Assembly: GCA_043228905.1 (NCBI GenBank)
Contig: JBHGNT010000015.1
Coordinates: 7,936,001-8,000,000 of the forward strand
Reading direction: 5' to 3'
DNA from: Azolla caroliniana
Lineage: Eukaryota; Plantae; Polypodiophyta
DNA length: 64,000 nt
The notes beneath the pieces are model-generated. The model was not told where the DNA came from. It did not search any database and was given only the letters and a program-made list of their open reading frames with translations. Below, in pieces: positions 1 through 10,777 of this stretch; within the stretch, counting starts at the first letter, position 1, and every line of letters begins with the position of its first letter. Position numbers and translations under genes: made by a program.

Positions 1-2731
1 GCTCGGATTCGATTTCGATGGAATCGACTTCTACTCGATTCGGCCAAGCATCGACTCGGCTCGATTTAGTAGCTGAAGGCCTACTTTCAATATCCCAATC
101 GACAATTGTCATTTTCTCCATGAAGACAATATCTCAGCTCCTCGTCACCTTCTTGTTGATTAGGTCCCATAGCTGATAGTGAATTCATCTTCACCGTAGC
201 CGAGAAATAGGTATGGTCGGTTCTTGGGATCGAGTTTCCCCCTCTAGTCCTTAGTTATATGCACATGGGTGCATATAACTAATGATTCAATTTCGATCGA
301 ATCAACTTCAATTGGATTTGGTCGAGCATCGACTCAGCTCGATTTAGTAGTTGAAGGCCTACTTTCAATCTCCAAATCGGCAATTGTCTTTTCCTCCATG
401 ACGACAATATCACGACTCCTAATCACCTTCTTGTCAATTAGGTCCCATAGCCAATGGCCGAATTCATCTTCGCCATAAACGAGAAATAGGCATGGTTGGC
501 TCTTTCGATCGAATTTCCCCCTCTGGTGCTTAGTTATATGCACATAGGTCAGGCAGTTGAACACTTTTAGATGCCGATATGACACCTCTTTGCCGGACCA
601 TACCCTTTGTGGTATGTAATTGGAACCGAGGGATACTTGTTTATCACATAAACGGTTCGTCGAGCATCTACTCGGCTCGATTTAGTAGTTGAAGGACTAC
701 TTTCAATCTCCCAATCGGCAATTGTCTTTTCCTCCATGACGACAATATCTCAGCTCCTAATCACCTTCTTGTCGATTAGGTCCCATAGCCGATGGCTGAA
801 TTCATCTTCACCGTAAACGAGAAATAGGCATGGTTGGCTCTTGGGATCGAGTTCCCCCCTCTAGTCCTTAGTTATATGCATATAGGTCAGGTAGTCGAAC
901 ACTGTTAGATGCCGATATGACACCTCTTTGCCGAACCATACCCTTTTTCATATGTTAGTGGAACCGATGGAGACTTGTTTATCACATAAACGGTTGGTCG
1001 AGCATCGACTCGGCTAGATTTAGTAGTTGAAGGACTACTTTCAATCTCCCAATCGGCAATTGTCTTTTCCTCCATGACGACAATATCCCGGCTCCTAATC
1101 ACCTTCTTGTCGATTAGGTCCCATAACCAATGGCCGAATTCATCTTCGCTGTAAACGAGAAATAGGCATGGTTGGCTCTTTGGATCGAGTTTCCCCCTTT
1201 GGTCATTAGTTATATGCACATAGGTCAGGGAGTCGAACACTGTTAGATCCCGATATGACACCTCTTTGACGGACCATAGCCTTTGTGGTATGTTAGTGGA
1301 AACGACGGAGACTTGTTTATCACATAAACGGTTGGTTGAGCATCAACTCGGTTCGATTTAGTAGTTGAAGGCCTACTTTCAATCTCCCAATTGGCAATTG
1401 TCTTTTCCTCCATGACCTCAATATCACGGCTCCTAATCACCTTCTTGTCGATTAGGTCCCATAGCAGATGGCCGAATTCATCTTCACCATAAACGAGAAA
1501 TAGTCATGGTTGGCTCTTGGGATCGAGTTTCCCCCTCTAGTCCTGAGTTATATGCACATAGGTCAGGCAATCGAACACTGTTAAATGTTGATATGACACC
1601 TCTTTGCCGGACCATACCCTTTGTGGTATGCTAGTGGAACCGACGAAGACTTGTTTATCACATAGACGGTTGATCGAGCATCGACTCAGCTCGATTTAGT
1701 AGTTGAAGGACTACTTTTAATCTCCCAATCCGGAATTGTTTTTTCCTCCATGAAGACAATATCTCGGCTCCTAATCACCTTCTTGTCGATTAGGTCCCAT
1801 AAGCGATGGCCGAATTCATCTTCACCGTAAACGAGAAATAGGCATGGTTGGCTGTTGGGATCAAGTTTCCCCCTCTGTTCTTTAGTTATATGCACATAGG
1901 TTAGGCAGTCGAACAGTGTTAGATGTCGATACGACACCTCTTTGCCGGACCATACCTTTTGTGGTATGTTAGTGGAACCGATGGAGAGTTGTTTATAATA
2001 TAAACGGTTGGCCGAGCATCGACTTGGCACGATTTAGTAGTTGAAGGCCTACTTTCAATCTCCCAATCGGCAATTGTCTTTTTCTCCATGAAGACAATAT
2101 CTCGGCTCCTAATCAGCTTCTTGTCGATTAGGTCCCATAGCTGATAGCCAAATTTATCTTCGCTGTAAACGAGAAATAGGCATGGTTGGCTCTTGGGATC
2201 GAGTTTCCGCCTCTGGTCCTTAGTTGTATGCACATAGGGCAGGCAGTCGAACATTGTTAGATGCCGATATGACACCTCTTTTCCGGACCATACCTACCCT
2301 TTGTGGTATGTCAGTGGAACCGACAGAGACTTGTTTATCACATAAACGGTTGTCATGAACGCCTCAGCCCAATAAACCTTCGGCAATTTCACATGTGCCA
2401 GCATACATCGGACTCTCTCCATGATGGTCTAGTTCATTCTCTCGGCCATACCATTTAGCTTCGGAGTCTTCGACACTGTGTACTTGATCCGAATACCTTG
2501 AGTTTGGCAGTACTCTTCGAATTGCCCTCAGTATTCACTGACGTTGTCCGTTTGGACCGCCTTCAATTTTTGATCGGATTTTCTCTCAGCTCTCACTTGG
2601 AACTCCTTGAAAACACTTAGTAGTTTATCCTTCGTGTTTAGCATGTAAGCCCACAACTTACGAGTATGATCATCAATGAAGGTAACAAATTACTATTCAC
2701 CGGAATGAGACTTTGCATCTACATAGCATAC
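1..2731 (-). mobile_element. Ty1/Copia (Tnt1/Tork-like) remnant, integrase region, interrupted at 2731
   Basis: Minus-strand peptides (SYRHLKVFNCLTYVH..RGKLDPKSQPCLFL..RSRDIVFMEEKT) match the integrase C-terminus of the intact Copia at 55274-59128; many stops. Confidence 0.9.
321..2352. repeat. Tandem array of six 338-bp units derived from Copia integrase; a related 278-bp unit precedes it
   Basis: Anchor GATTTAGTAG at 63, 341, 679, 1017, 1355, 1693, 2031 (spacing 278, then 338 five times). Confidence 0.95.
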
Positions 2732-2990
2732 TGTTGAGCTGACAAGCTTAACCGGATCCGGATCGGAGTTCGAAACGACGAACCGGATCAGATTGTAACC
2801 GGTAGGCCATTAGAGGCCTACGAATTGAGCCTAGTACGTCGACATATTTTTAGGAGTTAGTGTCAACCGCTTGTATGAGCATTGAAGTACTTGTGAGTAC
2901 TTCTGTCAGTCCTTTTTAAACTTGTGTTTGTCTTCTTTTACTATCCGGACGAGCCATTTTTGTCTTAGTTTCCGCACATATTCTTTTTCA
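2732..2990 (+). repeat. 5' LTR of Copia G
   Basis: TGTTGAGC...TTTTCA followed directly by a tRNA-iMet-type PBS; similar to LTRs of E and F. Confidence 0.85.
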
Positions 2991-3098
2991 TGGTATCAAA
3001 GCGCAATGGTTGAGAACCTCTGCAGCCGACATGCGTGTTTGGAAGACAAACCCTAACACTCGGTAAAGAACAGACAAAAGAAAAATATGGACTGAGGA

Positions 3099-5541
3099 AT
3101 GGCCAGTTCGCTCTTGATGGAGAAGCTCGACAGATCCAACTATGCATCTTGGTTGTACAAGATGCACCAGTACCTAGTCGGGCATGGTTACTGGAGTTAT
3201 GTTGACGGAGCTAACGATACGGCACATGATGCAGCACACATGGACTTCCTGACTTGGGAACAAGTGGCAAGCAGGGTTATGTACTACTTTGCATCCAGTG
3301 TGGGTGATCAGCTGTTGAGCCATATTCGGGACACCAAGAGGTTGAAGGAAGCTTGGGGAAACCTAAAGAAGGAATCCACTGCAAGCACCATGGCCCGGAA
3401 GTTGACAATGTTCGACAGAAGGACATGTCGGTGGCCGAGTATACGGCCCGGATCAAAGGCATATGTGATGCACTGGTGTCTATCAACGTAACCATTGAGG
3501 AAGATGAGATGGTGCGCGTTTATCTCAGGGGCCTAGCGTCAAAGTTCGGAGCATTCCGGACGGCGGTCTGTACAAGGGAGAATATGCCCTCATTTTTCAA
3601 CTTACAATCGATGCTCCTTGTAGAGGAGAACCACGTGGGTGTGTCGACGAGCATGCACACTGACAACAAGATGTTGTACATGAAGGCGGATTGGCCCCGT
3701 GGTCGTGGCGGATGAGGCAGATCGGCACGCGGTGGAAGCGGCCGACAAGAGTAGAGCCGAAGGCACAAGGATAGTGTTGACAACAGTTCCGGGTCCTCCA
3801 CAAGTAGAGGGAGTCAAGGCGGTGCCGGGAGCCAACAAGAGAAGACGACGACGGATTGTTGGTATTGTGGTCCGAAGGGCCAAAGGGAGAGCGAGTGCTG
3901 GAAGAAGTGCGTTGATTCGGATAAATCTGGATCTGGCAAGGCTAGACAAGGGAAACGACAAAGCTCGCACTATGCAGAGGGATCAAAAGGATCCAGAACT
4001 GGTAAGAATGGAAAAGGGCCAGCCTTTGTGATGAAGCAGAAGGCGAACTCAATGAAGAAGACCACTTCTAGATCGGAGGAAATGTGGTATGTTGACTCCG
4101 GAGCATCTAACCACATGATGGGCCACAAAGCCACAACAACCGGGAGTTGTTGAAGCCAGATACGACACTCCTCACCCGATTGTGCATGTCGGAGAAATCC
4201 CTTTAAGCTATGTCGTACAAAAGGGGATGTTGATGAACATTCTACATGTTCTGACAATCACAAAGAACCTAGTGTCGGTCAAGCAGATCGTCGACCAGGG
4301 GATGCAGGTGCAGTTTACGCACCTCGGGTGCTTCATTGAGGAAGAGGGTCAAATTATTGCGCAAGGGCGCTGGGACGAGAAAATGTACATCCTCAACACC
4401 AACAATGTAGGCACCACCTTGTTCGCAAAGGGTCAAAAGATCGAGTTGGATATTTATCTGTGGCACAACTAGATTGGCCACTTCAATTACCGGAGGCTTC
4501 AAGACCTGCAATCGAAACAAGTTGTTTTCAGATTGTAGAAATTTAGTGGCCGAAACACCCAAATTTGTGAAGCATGCCAGCTTGGGAAGCATCATCGGCT
4601 TCCATTCCCCACCGAAAGAAACCAAAGCCGTAACAAGATTGATCTAATACATTCAGATGTATGGGGACCAACACAAAATGTTAGTCTTGGTGGGAGCCCC
4701 GTGGGAGCCGATATTTCGTCTCCTTTATCGACGACTACAACCGACACACATGGATCTACCTAATCGAAAGGAAAAGCAAAGTTTTCGACTATTTCCGGAA
4801 CGTGCAAAGTCTTGTTGAACGGGAAACAAAGAGGAAGATCCAGTGCCTGTGGTCGGATGGCGGAAAGGAATACTTCTCCAACCAATTCAACAATTATTTG
4901 CAACATATGGGAATTCAGAGAGAATTTAGTTGCAGATACACACTGGAACAAAACGGCGTGGCCGAAAGAAAGAACCAGTCGATTGTCGGAGCGGCACGAG
5001 CAATGCTGGAGGAGAAGAGCATGCCCAAGTTCTACTGGGTTGAAGCAGTCTAGACGGCCGTCTACATCCAAAACCGGATCGGGGATAAGGTGTCAACACA
5101 TGAGTTGTATTTCGGGCGGAAGCCAAATCTAAGGCACCTTAGGATATTCGGTAGCATTGCATATGTGCATGTGCCGGATGAGAAGTCGAGAAAGTTGGAC
5201 CTGAAGTCGGAGAAGTGCATCATTGTCGGCCACTCACATGAGCAAAAGGGTTATAACTATTATAACCCCCCAAAAAAACGAGTTCGAGTGAGCCGAGATG
5301 TCGAATTTGATGAGTCAACATCATGGTTCTCTTTGCCGGGACTCCAACCCAATTTTGGAAGATGAGGCCAGTGATCCGAAGCCGATCTAGGAAGAAGATG
5401 ACGAAGGATTCGGTACTCTGAACGAGAGTCTGATCTCATTTCGGCTAAGTGGGCTGAATGAGCGACTGAGTCGGAACACCGGCGAGTAGTGGAGATCCGC
5501 TATGCTTTCCCTGCTGAAGGAACCGAGGAGACGGTTCACGC
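3099..5541 (+). pseudogene. Decayed Copia gag-pol (gag, zinc knuckle, protease, integrase)
   Basis: ORF fragments 3099-3491, 3353-3715, 4182-4472, 4802-5053, 5090-5365 with stops and frameshifts. Confidence 0.9.
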
Positions 5542-6187
5542 TGTCGTGGGAAATTCCGGCTACAAGGGGAAAAGGGGTCGGATGCGTGTGAACGGGGAGG
5601 TGCATTGGTGCACCCGAAATATGTCTTTTGTACAATCATGTGTAATTAAGTTAGTATTAGTTAGGTGTTGAGGATGGCTTTATGGCTGATGTGACGACCT
5701 CTCCTTGCTCTATAAAAGGGGAGGTTTGGGACTATTTTATGGATCCACGTTTTGGGAGGACAAAGTGTTGCCGGACCGAGCTCTGCAACCTTCTTTCCTA
5801 TTCCCCGCTTTTCGATTTTCCCTGTCATCGTGTTGCGAGGCACTGCTTCGTGCTGGTAGTCTATGTGCTCCCGATTGGAGGCTCGCTAATATGCATGAGT
5901 ATTTGCAGTGAGATTGAAGCTCTTTTGCTGGCCGCGGTCGGTTGTACTCTTTCCAGTTTCCTCAATTTGTCGTTAATTCTCTGAGTCTCCCCGCGTGTCT
6001 TGGATTTCCCGTGTTCTTGTTTCTGGTCTATTCTTGTTGTGTTTTGTTTTTTATTGAGTGGCGCCAAGAGCTCGTTGCAGCCAACAAGCATCCAATCCGG
6101 ACAACCTTCCCGCTCTCATCGGCTCCTTGGTTCGAGAGCCCCGTGGTCCCGTCTTGTTTCAACACATCTATGCGGAATACCGCGACA
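5542..6187 (+). repeat. 5' LTR of Gypsy A
   Basis: TGTCGTGG...CCGCGACA, TATAAAA near 5710, followed by TGGTGAACAGGACGTGA (degenerate Trp PBS). Confidence 0.85.
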
Positions 6188-6217
6188 TCTTTGGTGAACA
6201 GGACGTGAAAGGGGGTA

Positions 6218-6399
6218 GCAAAGGAGTTCGAAAATGAGAGGAAGTGAACTTGTTGCGGCGATGGCGGTGGCCATTGACCGCCTAGTGAAAGCTTGAGGGG
6301 GCACGGGGGCAAAGGAGTTCGAAAATGAGAGGAAGTGAACTCGCTGAGGCGATGGCGGTGGCCGTTGACCTCCTAGTGAATGCTTGATGGGCCACGGGT
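6218..6399 (+). repeat. 91-bp tandem duplication at the gag start of Gypsy A
   Basis: GCAAAGGAGTTCGAAAATGAGAGGAAGTGAAC at 6218 and 6309. Confidence 0.9.
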
Positions 6400-6675
6400 A
6401 CCCTTGATAGGGCCATAGAGGCGATAGTTGGCACGATAGGCCGGTTCAATGGTAAGGACGTGACAAGCTACCTGGAGGCCTACCGGGCCGAGATGATAAT
6501 GAGGGACATCCCGGAGGATAGGCGGTTATCCGGATTCTCGCGAGTCATGACGCCAAGCATCCATGCGGAGGTGCTTGAGGTTCAGGCTAACTACCGGAAC
6601 ATGGCGGTGTCGTGGAGTATTTGCTTCACGATATAAAAATGAACTTAAATGTTATATTTTAAAGTAATATTTCAG

Positions 6676-6852
6676 AGACTTGAAGCCATAACTTCACACA
6701 CCAAGTGCAAAGTACACACCACTAGGTTGAGTTATTTGTTTTTAAGATATTGTAAAGGATATAAAATAAACTTAAATATTGTGTTGAGTAACATTCAGAG
6801 ACTTGAATCCACAACCTTACATGCCAACTACAAAGCATATACCACTAGTTTA
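6676..6852 (-). promoter_or_regulatory. Two tandem degenerate tRNA-like A-box/B-box modules in the solo LTR
   Basis: CAACCTAGTGG..GCTTCAAGTCT and TAAACTAGTGG..GATTCAAGTCT, each with 43-nt start-to-start spacing; period 123 bp. Confidence 0.55.
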
Positions 6853-7107
6853 AGTTATTTGTTTTTAAAATTATATTTCTATTGATTATACTTACCATAC
6901 CTATTTTCATACATGAAAGCTCAAATGACAGAGATGTCTATCATGCATCACATGTAATGCATGAACGCCAAATGGCGATCATGCGTCACATGCATGTCTT
7001 GTACCCTCACATGCAGTATATGCATGGGGGCACCTATAAAAAGAGGGGAATCAAGTAAGGGAGGGAAGAAGAGAAAGTTAGAGAAATATATGATCAAATA
7101 AATAAGT

Positions 7108-7162
7108 TAGCTCATTTGGGAAGAGGCTCGTGTTTCAAAGTTGGAGTCAAGGGTTCAAATCT
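7108..7162 (+). promoter_or_regulatory. tRNA-like A-box/B-box module in the solo LTR
   Basis: TAGCTCATTTGG at 7108, GGTTCAAATCT at 7152 (44 nt). Confidence 0.65.
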
Positions 7163-9171
7163 AGAGTTCAGCAAAAGAAAAGTCATATCTTGTGATCGAC
7201 ATTGTAACTTCGGTAAAATATTGTGTTGTTAATATGAAGCTTGTTTTTATAATACATTTTCACTTTTTAAATCATACATTATCTCTTATCTCTTATCTAT
7301 GCTCATCTGTCTCTCGCACTTTACTTCTAACTCTTGTTCTTCATATCCTTAATCTTTCTAACATTGTTGCACAAGCCTTATAAAATATATAGCCAACTCC
7401 TTTTAACCTTAGTCCCTACGACTTCGCCGCACAAACCACAACTACTTCGACAACGGGATTCGAAGGGTGGTTCCTCGAAAGGCACGGGTTCGATGACTCG
7501 CTCCAGTTGTCAAAATGGGAGTTCATGGAGTGGGTCGAGAGCCCCGGTAAAGGGGGGAATACATCAGTGCTCTTCCAAGAGTTTGAAAAGCAATTTGCCC
7601 TACTCTTGGCATTAGATCAGACCGTGCTCGATACGAGCAAGGTCATGTTGTTTATCAAGTCCATCGATGCGTTGGATCAAGAGAAGGTAGGTCTCCTATT
7701 GGAGACAGATGAAGGGCTCAGGACTGACTCTGCAGTGATAAAGAGTCTGCAGCCATTTCGAAAAGCGGTGGGATTGGAATAATGAAGAGTCGTCTTCGGC
7801 CGGCTTGAGTCTAGGGAAGAAGCCGGAGGGAAGAGAAGCGAAGGTGGCTCAAGTCGGGCACGGTTCCGACCGATGTAGTCAGGGGTCCATCCAGGGGCGC
7901 AACTCTAGAGGAGCTGATGAAGATGGTGCGTGATCTCCATATCGCGCAAGCTTAGAGAGACGGTAGGGGATAGTTGTGTGATCGGAGGCCTCCGATCGAC
8001 CAATGATGCATGTGGTGCGATACCGTCGGCCACATCTGGAGAGAGTGCGCAGATTTCGTTGAAGCACTCAAGAACAACATCATGTATCTTTGGAATGGGT
8101 GGGTACACGCGTGTGACATGCGAAGGCCCCTCGAGGTGAATAATGAACAAGGAGGCATGAAGAGGATAATGGAAGAGGTTGCCGCCCAGAACGCCCAGGC
8201 CATCCACTACTCAGTGTCGGTAGGGATCTAGGTAGGTGGAGAGAAGGGCATTGGATCCTGGAAGCAATGCCGGATTCTGGCGCACGTTCTAGAAGCCATG
8301 TCAGGGGTGAGGCTACAAAAGGAGGAGGAAGACTGCACAGAGAGGCGGGTCCAAGAAGGCACCTAATGGAACGATCTGGTAAAAGAGAAAACCGGCTTTG
8401 TGGAGGCAGCGTGCCAGACTATGAGGTTCTAGCTGAAAACAAGCGGGCCGAGAAGACCGGAGGGGCCGGACCTTCAAGGCGGTACGAGACCTGGAGTGGG
8501 CCAAGGAAAGAGGATGTTGGTTCGGCTAACCAACAAGAGAAAGGAAAGGTGAGGACCCCCCGGCCTTCCGGCTGAGCTCGGAGATAGAGAGGACGACAGA
8601 TCTGCAAAAGATCTTGGAAGAAAGGATCCTCGACAACAAGGTGGAACTCTGGCTAAAACGAGGTGCTTGGAATAGCAAAAATGGAATTTCACGATTCCAT
8701 CGTGGATCTAGTGAAGAGGAAGCGGCTTTCGATGGAGCCAGAGAAGTCGATCAAAGTGTAGGCGGCCCACATCGAAGAGGTAGCACTAGAAGAAGAGTTT
8801 TCGGATAGCTACTATACACGACCACATTGGGCAAGAGCTAAGACGGAGACCTTGGTCTGGATTGGGGACTTTAAAGAGCCGATGGTGGCATTAATCAACC
8901 ATGGAGCAGAGATTAAAATAATGTCCATGGACTTCTATAACAAGGGTAAGTGGTCGATTAATAACAAGCACGCCGATTAATAACAAGCAATTCAAGCCAC
9001 AAAAGAGCTTCATGGGGCGTGCCCGAATGTTCGGGTAACAGTGGGTGATGTTGAAATAGACCAACACTTCTTCGTACAGGAGTCGTCGTCGCATCCAATT
9101 ATACTTAACGAAGCTTACATTACGACGGCTCGTATTGAGATGAAAGTGCTATACAATGGTTCGACGTACGT

Positions 9172-9818
9172 TATCATGTTGTTACGCGCGTACGTGAAGA
9201 ACGAGGCGGGACTAGGGGGGCCTTGGGCCGAGAAATAGCCGAATGAGAAGAGGGGAAGGAAACTACTGATGTATTCCACATGCGCGCAGAAACACAGATT
9301 CACAGGAGTTGCAACTAACTCTGAACAACGGAGATAGAACGAATGTATATGTATATATATAAATCAAAGAGTTACAACCGGCAAGTCGGTGAGTGATAGG
9401 CTCCGACACCTACACACAAACACACAGAACACGAGATGGAGACTCTGCCGGAAGCACTTGGGTGTTCCGCGGAGCAGAGTCAGCCTCCCAAAAACCTGCA
9501 CAGAATGACTATGGAGAAGACAGAGGAGAAGAAAACCTCCACAAAACGCGATCCCCCCCCTTTTTTCAATACCTCTCCCTCTCTTTTATAGCCCAAGGAG
9601 GGAGGCCGTTACCACCCGTTACATCATGTTTATTCCCTGTCCTTTCGGACATGGATATGCCTCAATTTTCTCCCTAATGAATGCGTGCTACCTAGGATTT
9701 CACCTCAACCGACTTGTACCTGTCTACGTACTATACAACAAAACTTGTGCCCATGTGTAAGGGCCAGTTTACGCACCTTATACCCGGTTTCCGCCTAGGG
9801 ACGGTTTAATTCACGACA
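9172..9818 (-). repeat. 3' LTR of Gypsy B
   Basis: Colinear with 30701-31372 apart from a ~25-bp indel. Confidence 0.92.
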
Positions 9819-10015
9819 TCCGCCCCCACCTAACCGCGCATACACCGGTATGAGCCAAAATTAGACTCTTGCCGGAGAAGACTGGCTCGCACTTATCCTT
9901 CGTCTTCTTGATTGACATCCGTTCCGAGCCGGTCGTTGTCGCTATCCAGGTCGTCTGGGTCCGGTTCAGCCTCGTGCTGCTTTTTGAATGCGTTGATCCT
10001 TTTCCCCGCCACCGG

Positions 10016-10756
10016 TGTCGTAGTGTGAATCACACACTACGTGAAATATGTAAAATACTATATCCGATTTAAAGTACGTATAATAAATAAAATAAAATAT
10101 CAAAGATATTTATTACATGCATAAGGTAGGATTTGAACCCTATACCTCCAAATAGACAAACCCCAACCTTACCATTGTACTACCTTATCCTAAGTGTTTG
10201 AAATATAGATTTAATACATATAAGACCTTTATTTACACCTACCTTTATTAAAAGGAAAGTCATGCATTTTTTAGAATGCGTGAATACTTTATTTATAAGA
10301 AAAATGTAGACCAATAAAAAATAGCTCGTGCAAATCTAGCGAGCATGAGTACTATATTTAGGAAATAAAAGCATAGTGTAAAAAGGCAACTCATGCACAT
10401 TTAGTGTGCTTGAACACTTTAGAAAAAAGCATGAAGCTATGCTTAGCCTCTTCCATCCTTATATAAGGAGGAGAGAATGATGCATGGGGGTTGTTGATTA
10501 TTTTACAAGGATTTTGATCAATCTAATATATTCGTGGGATTCACGATTTTTTCCATCTATTTCTCTCTTGCATTCTAAGTATCAATTAATACACTATACT
10601 CGTGGGATTCACGAGTTTCATATCTTCCTTCAAATATTTCTCTTTCTTGCAATCCATTCATAAGGAGCCTTATCTCATATTCTTCTTTCTCCTAGTCCAA
10701 AACCTCAGTGGTTCCCACCCGACTCACGCAACGATCCGGAGCCGAAAGGAAGGACA
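10016..10756 (+). repeat. 5' LTR of Gypsy C
   Basis: TGTCG..GACA, colinear with 27953-28693. Confidence 0.95.
10129..10182 (-). promoter_or_regulatory. tRNA-like A-box/B-box module in U3 of Gypsy C (second copy near 28066-28119)
   Basis: Minus strand TAGTACAATGG ... GGTTCAAATCC, 43 nt apart; the 3' LTR copy reads GGTTTGAATCC. Confidence 0.7.
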
Positions 10757-10760
10757 CAAG

Positions 10761-10777
10761 TGGTGAACCCGACGTGA
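10761..10777 (+). other. Primer binding site complementary to the tRNA-Trp 3' end
   Basis: TGGTGAACCCGACGTGA is the complement of ..TCACGTCGGGTTCACCA (plant cytosolic tRNA-Trp as I recall it); same 17-mer at 30680-30696 (-) and 34133-34149. Confidence 0.85.

Larger units (their letters stand above)
2732..5541 (+). mobile_element. Copia element G (Bryco-like family), 5' half only: LTR, PBS, gag-PR-INT
   Basis: TG..CA LTR 2732-2990, PBS TGGTATCAAAGC 2991-3002, gag EKLDRSNYASW, WYVDSGASNHM protease, integrase; cut at 5541 by a Gypsy LTR. Confidence 0.9.
6608..7452 (+). mobile_element. Solo LTR (Gypsy-type) inserted in gag of element A
   Basis: TGTCG...CGACA termini, 4-bp TSD GCGG/ACGG, TATAAAA near 7035, host gag resumes after it. 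Confidence 0.85.

Noticed and set aside
1-2352. Regular repeats as a CRISPR-like array or repeat-protein gene
   Set aside because: Whole units are homologous with no unique spacers, derive from Copia integrase, and shift frame each unit.
10125-10190. A/B-box modules as real tRNA genes
   Set aside because: No convincing anticodon arm or acceptor stem; they are integral parts of LTRs.
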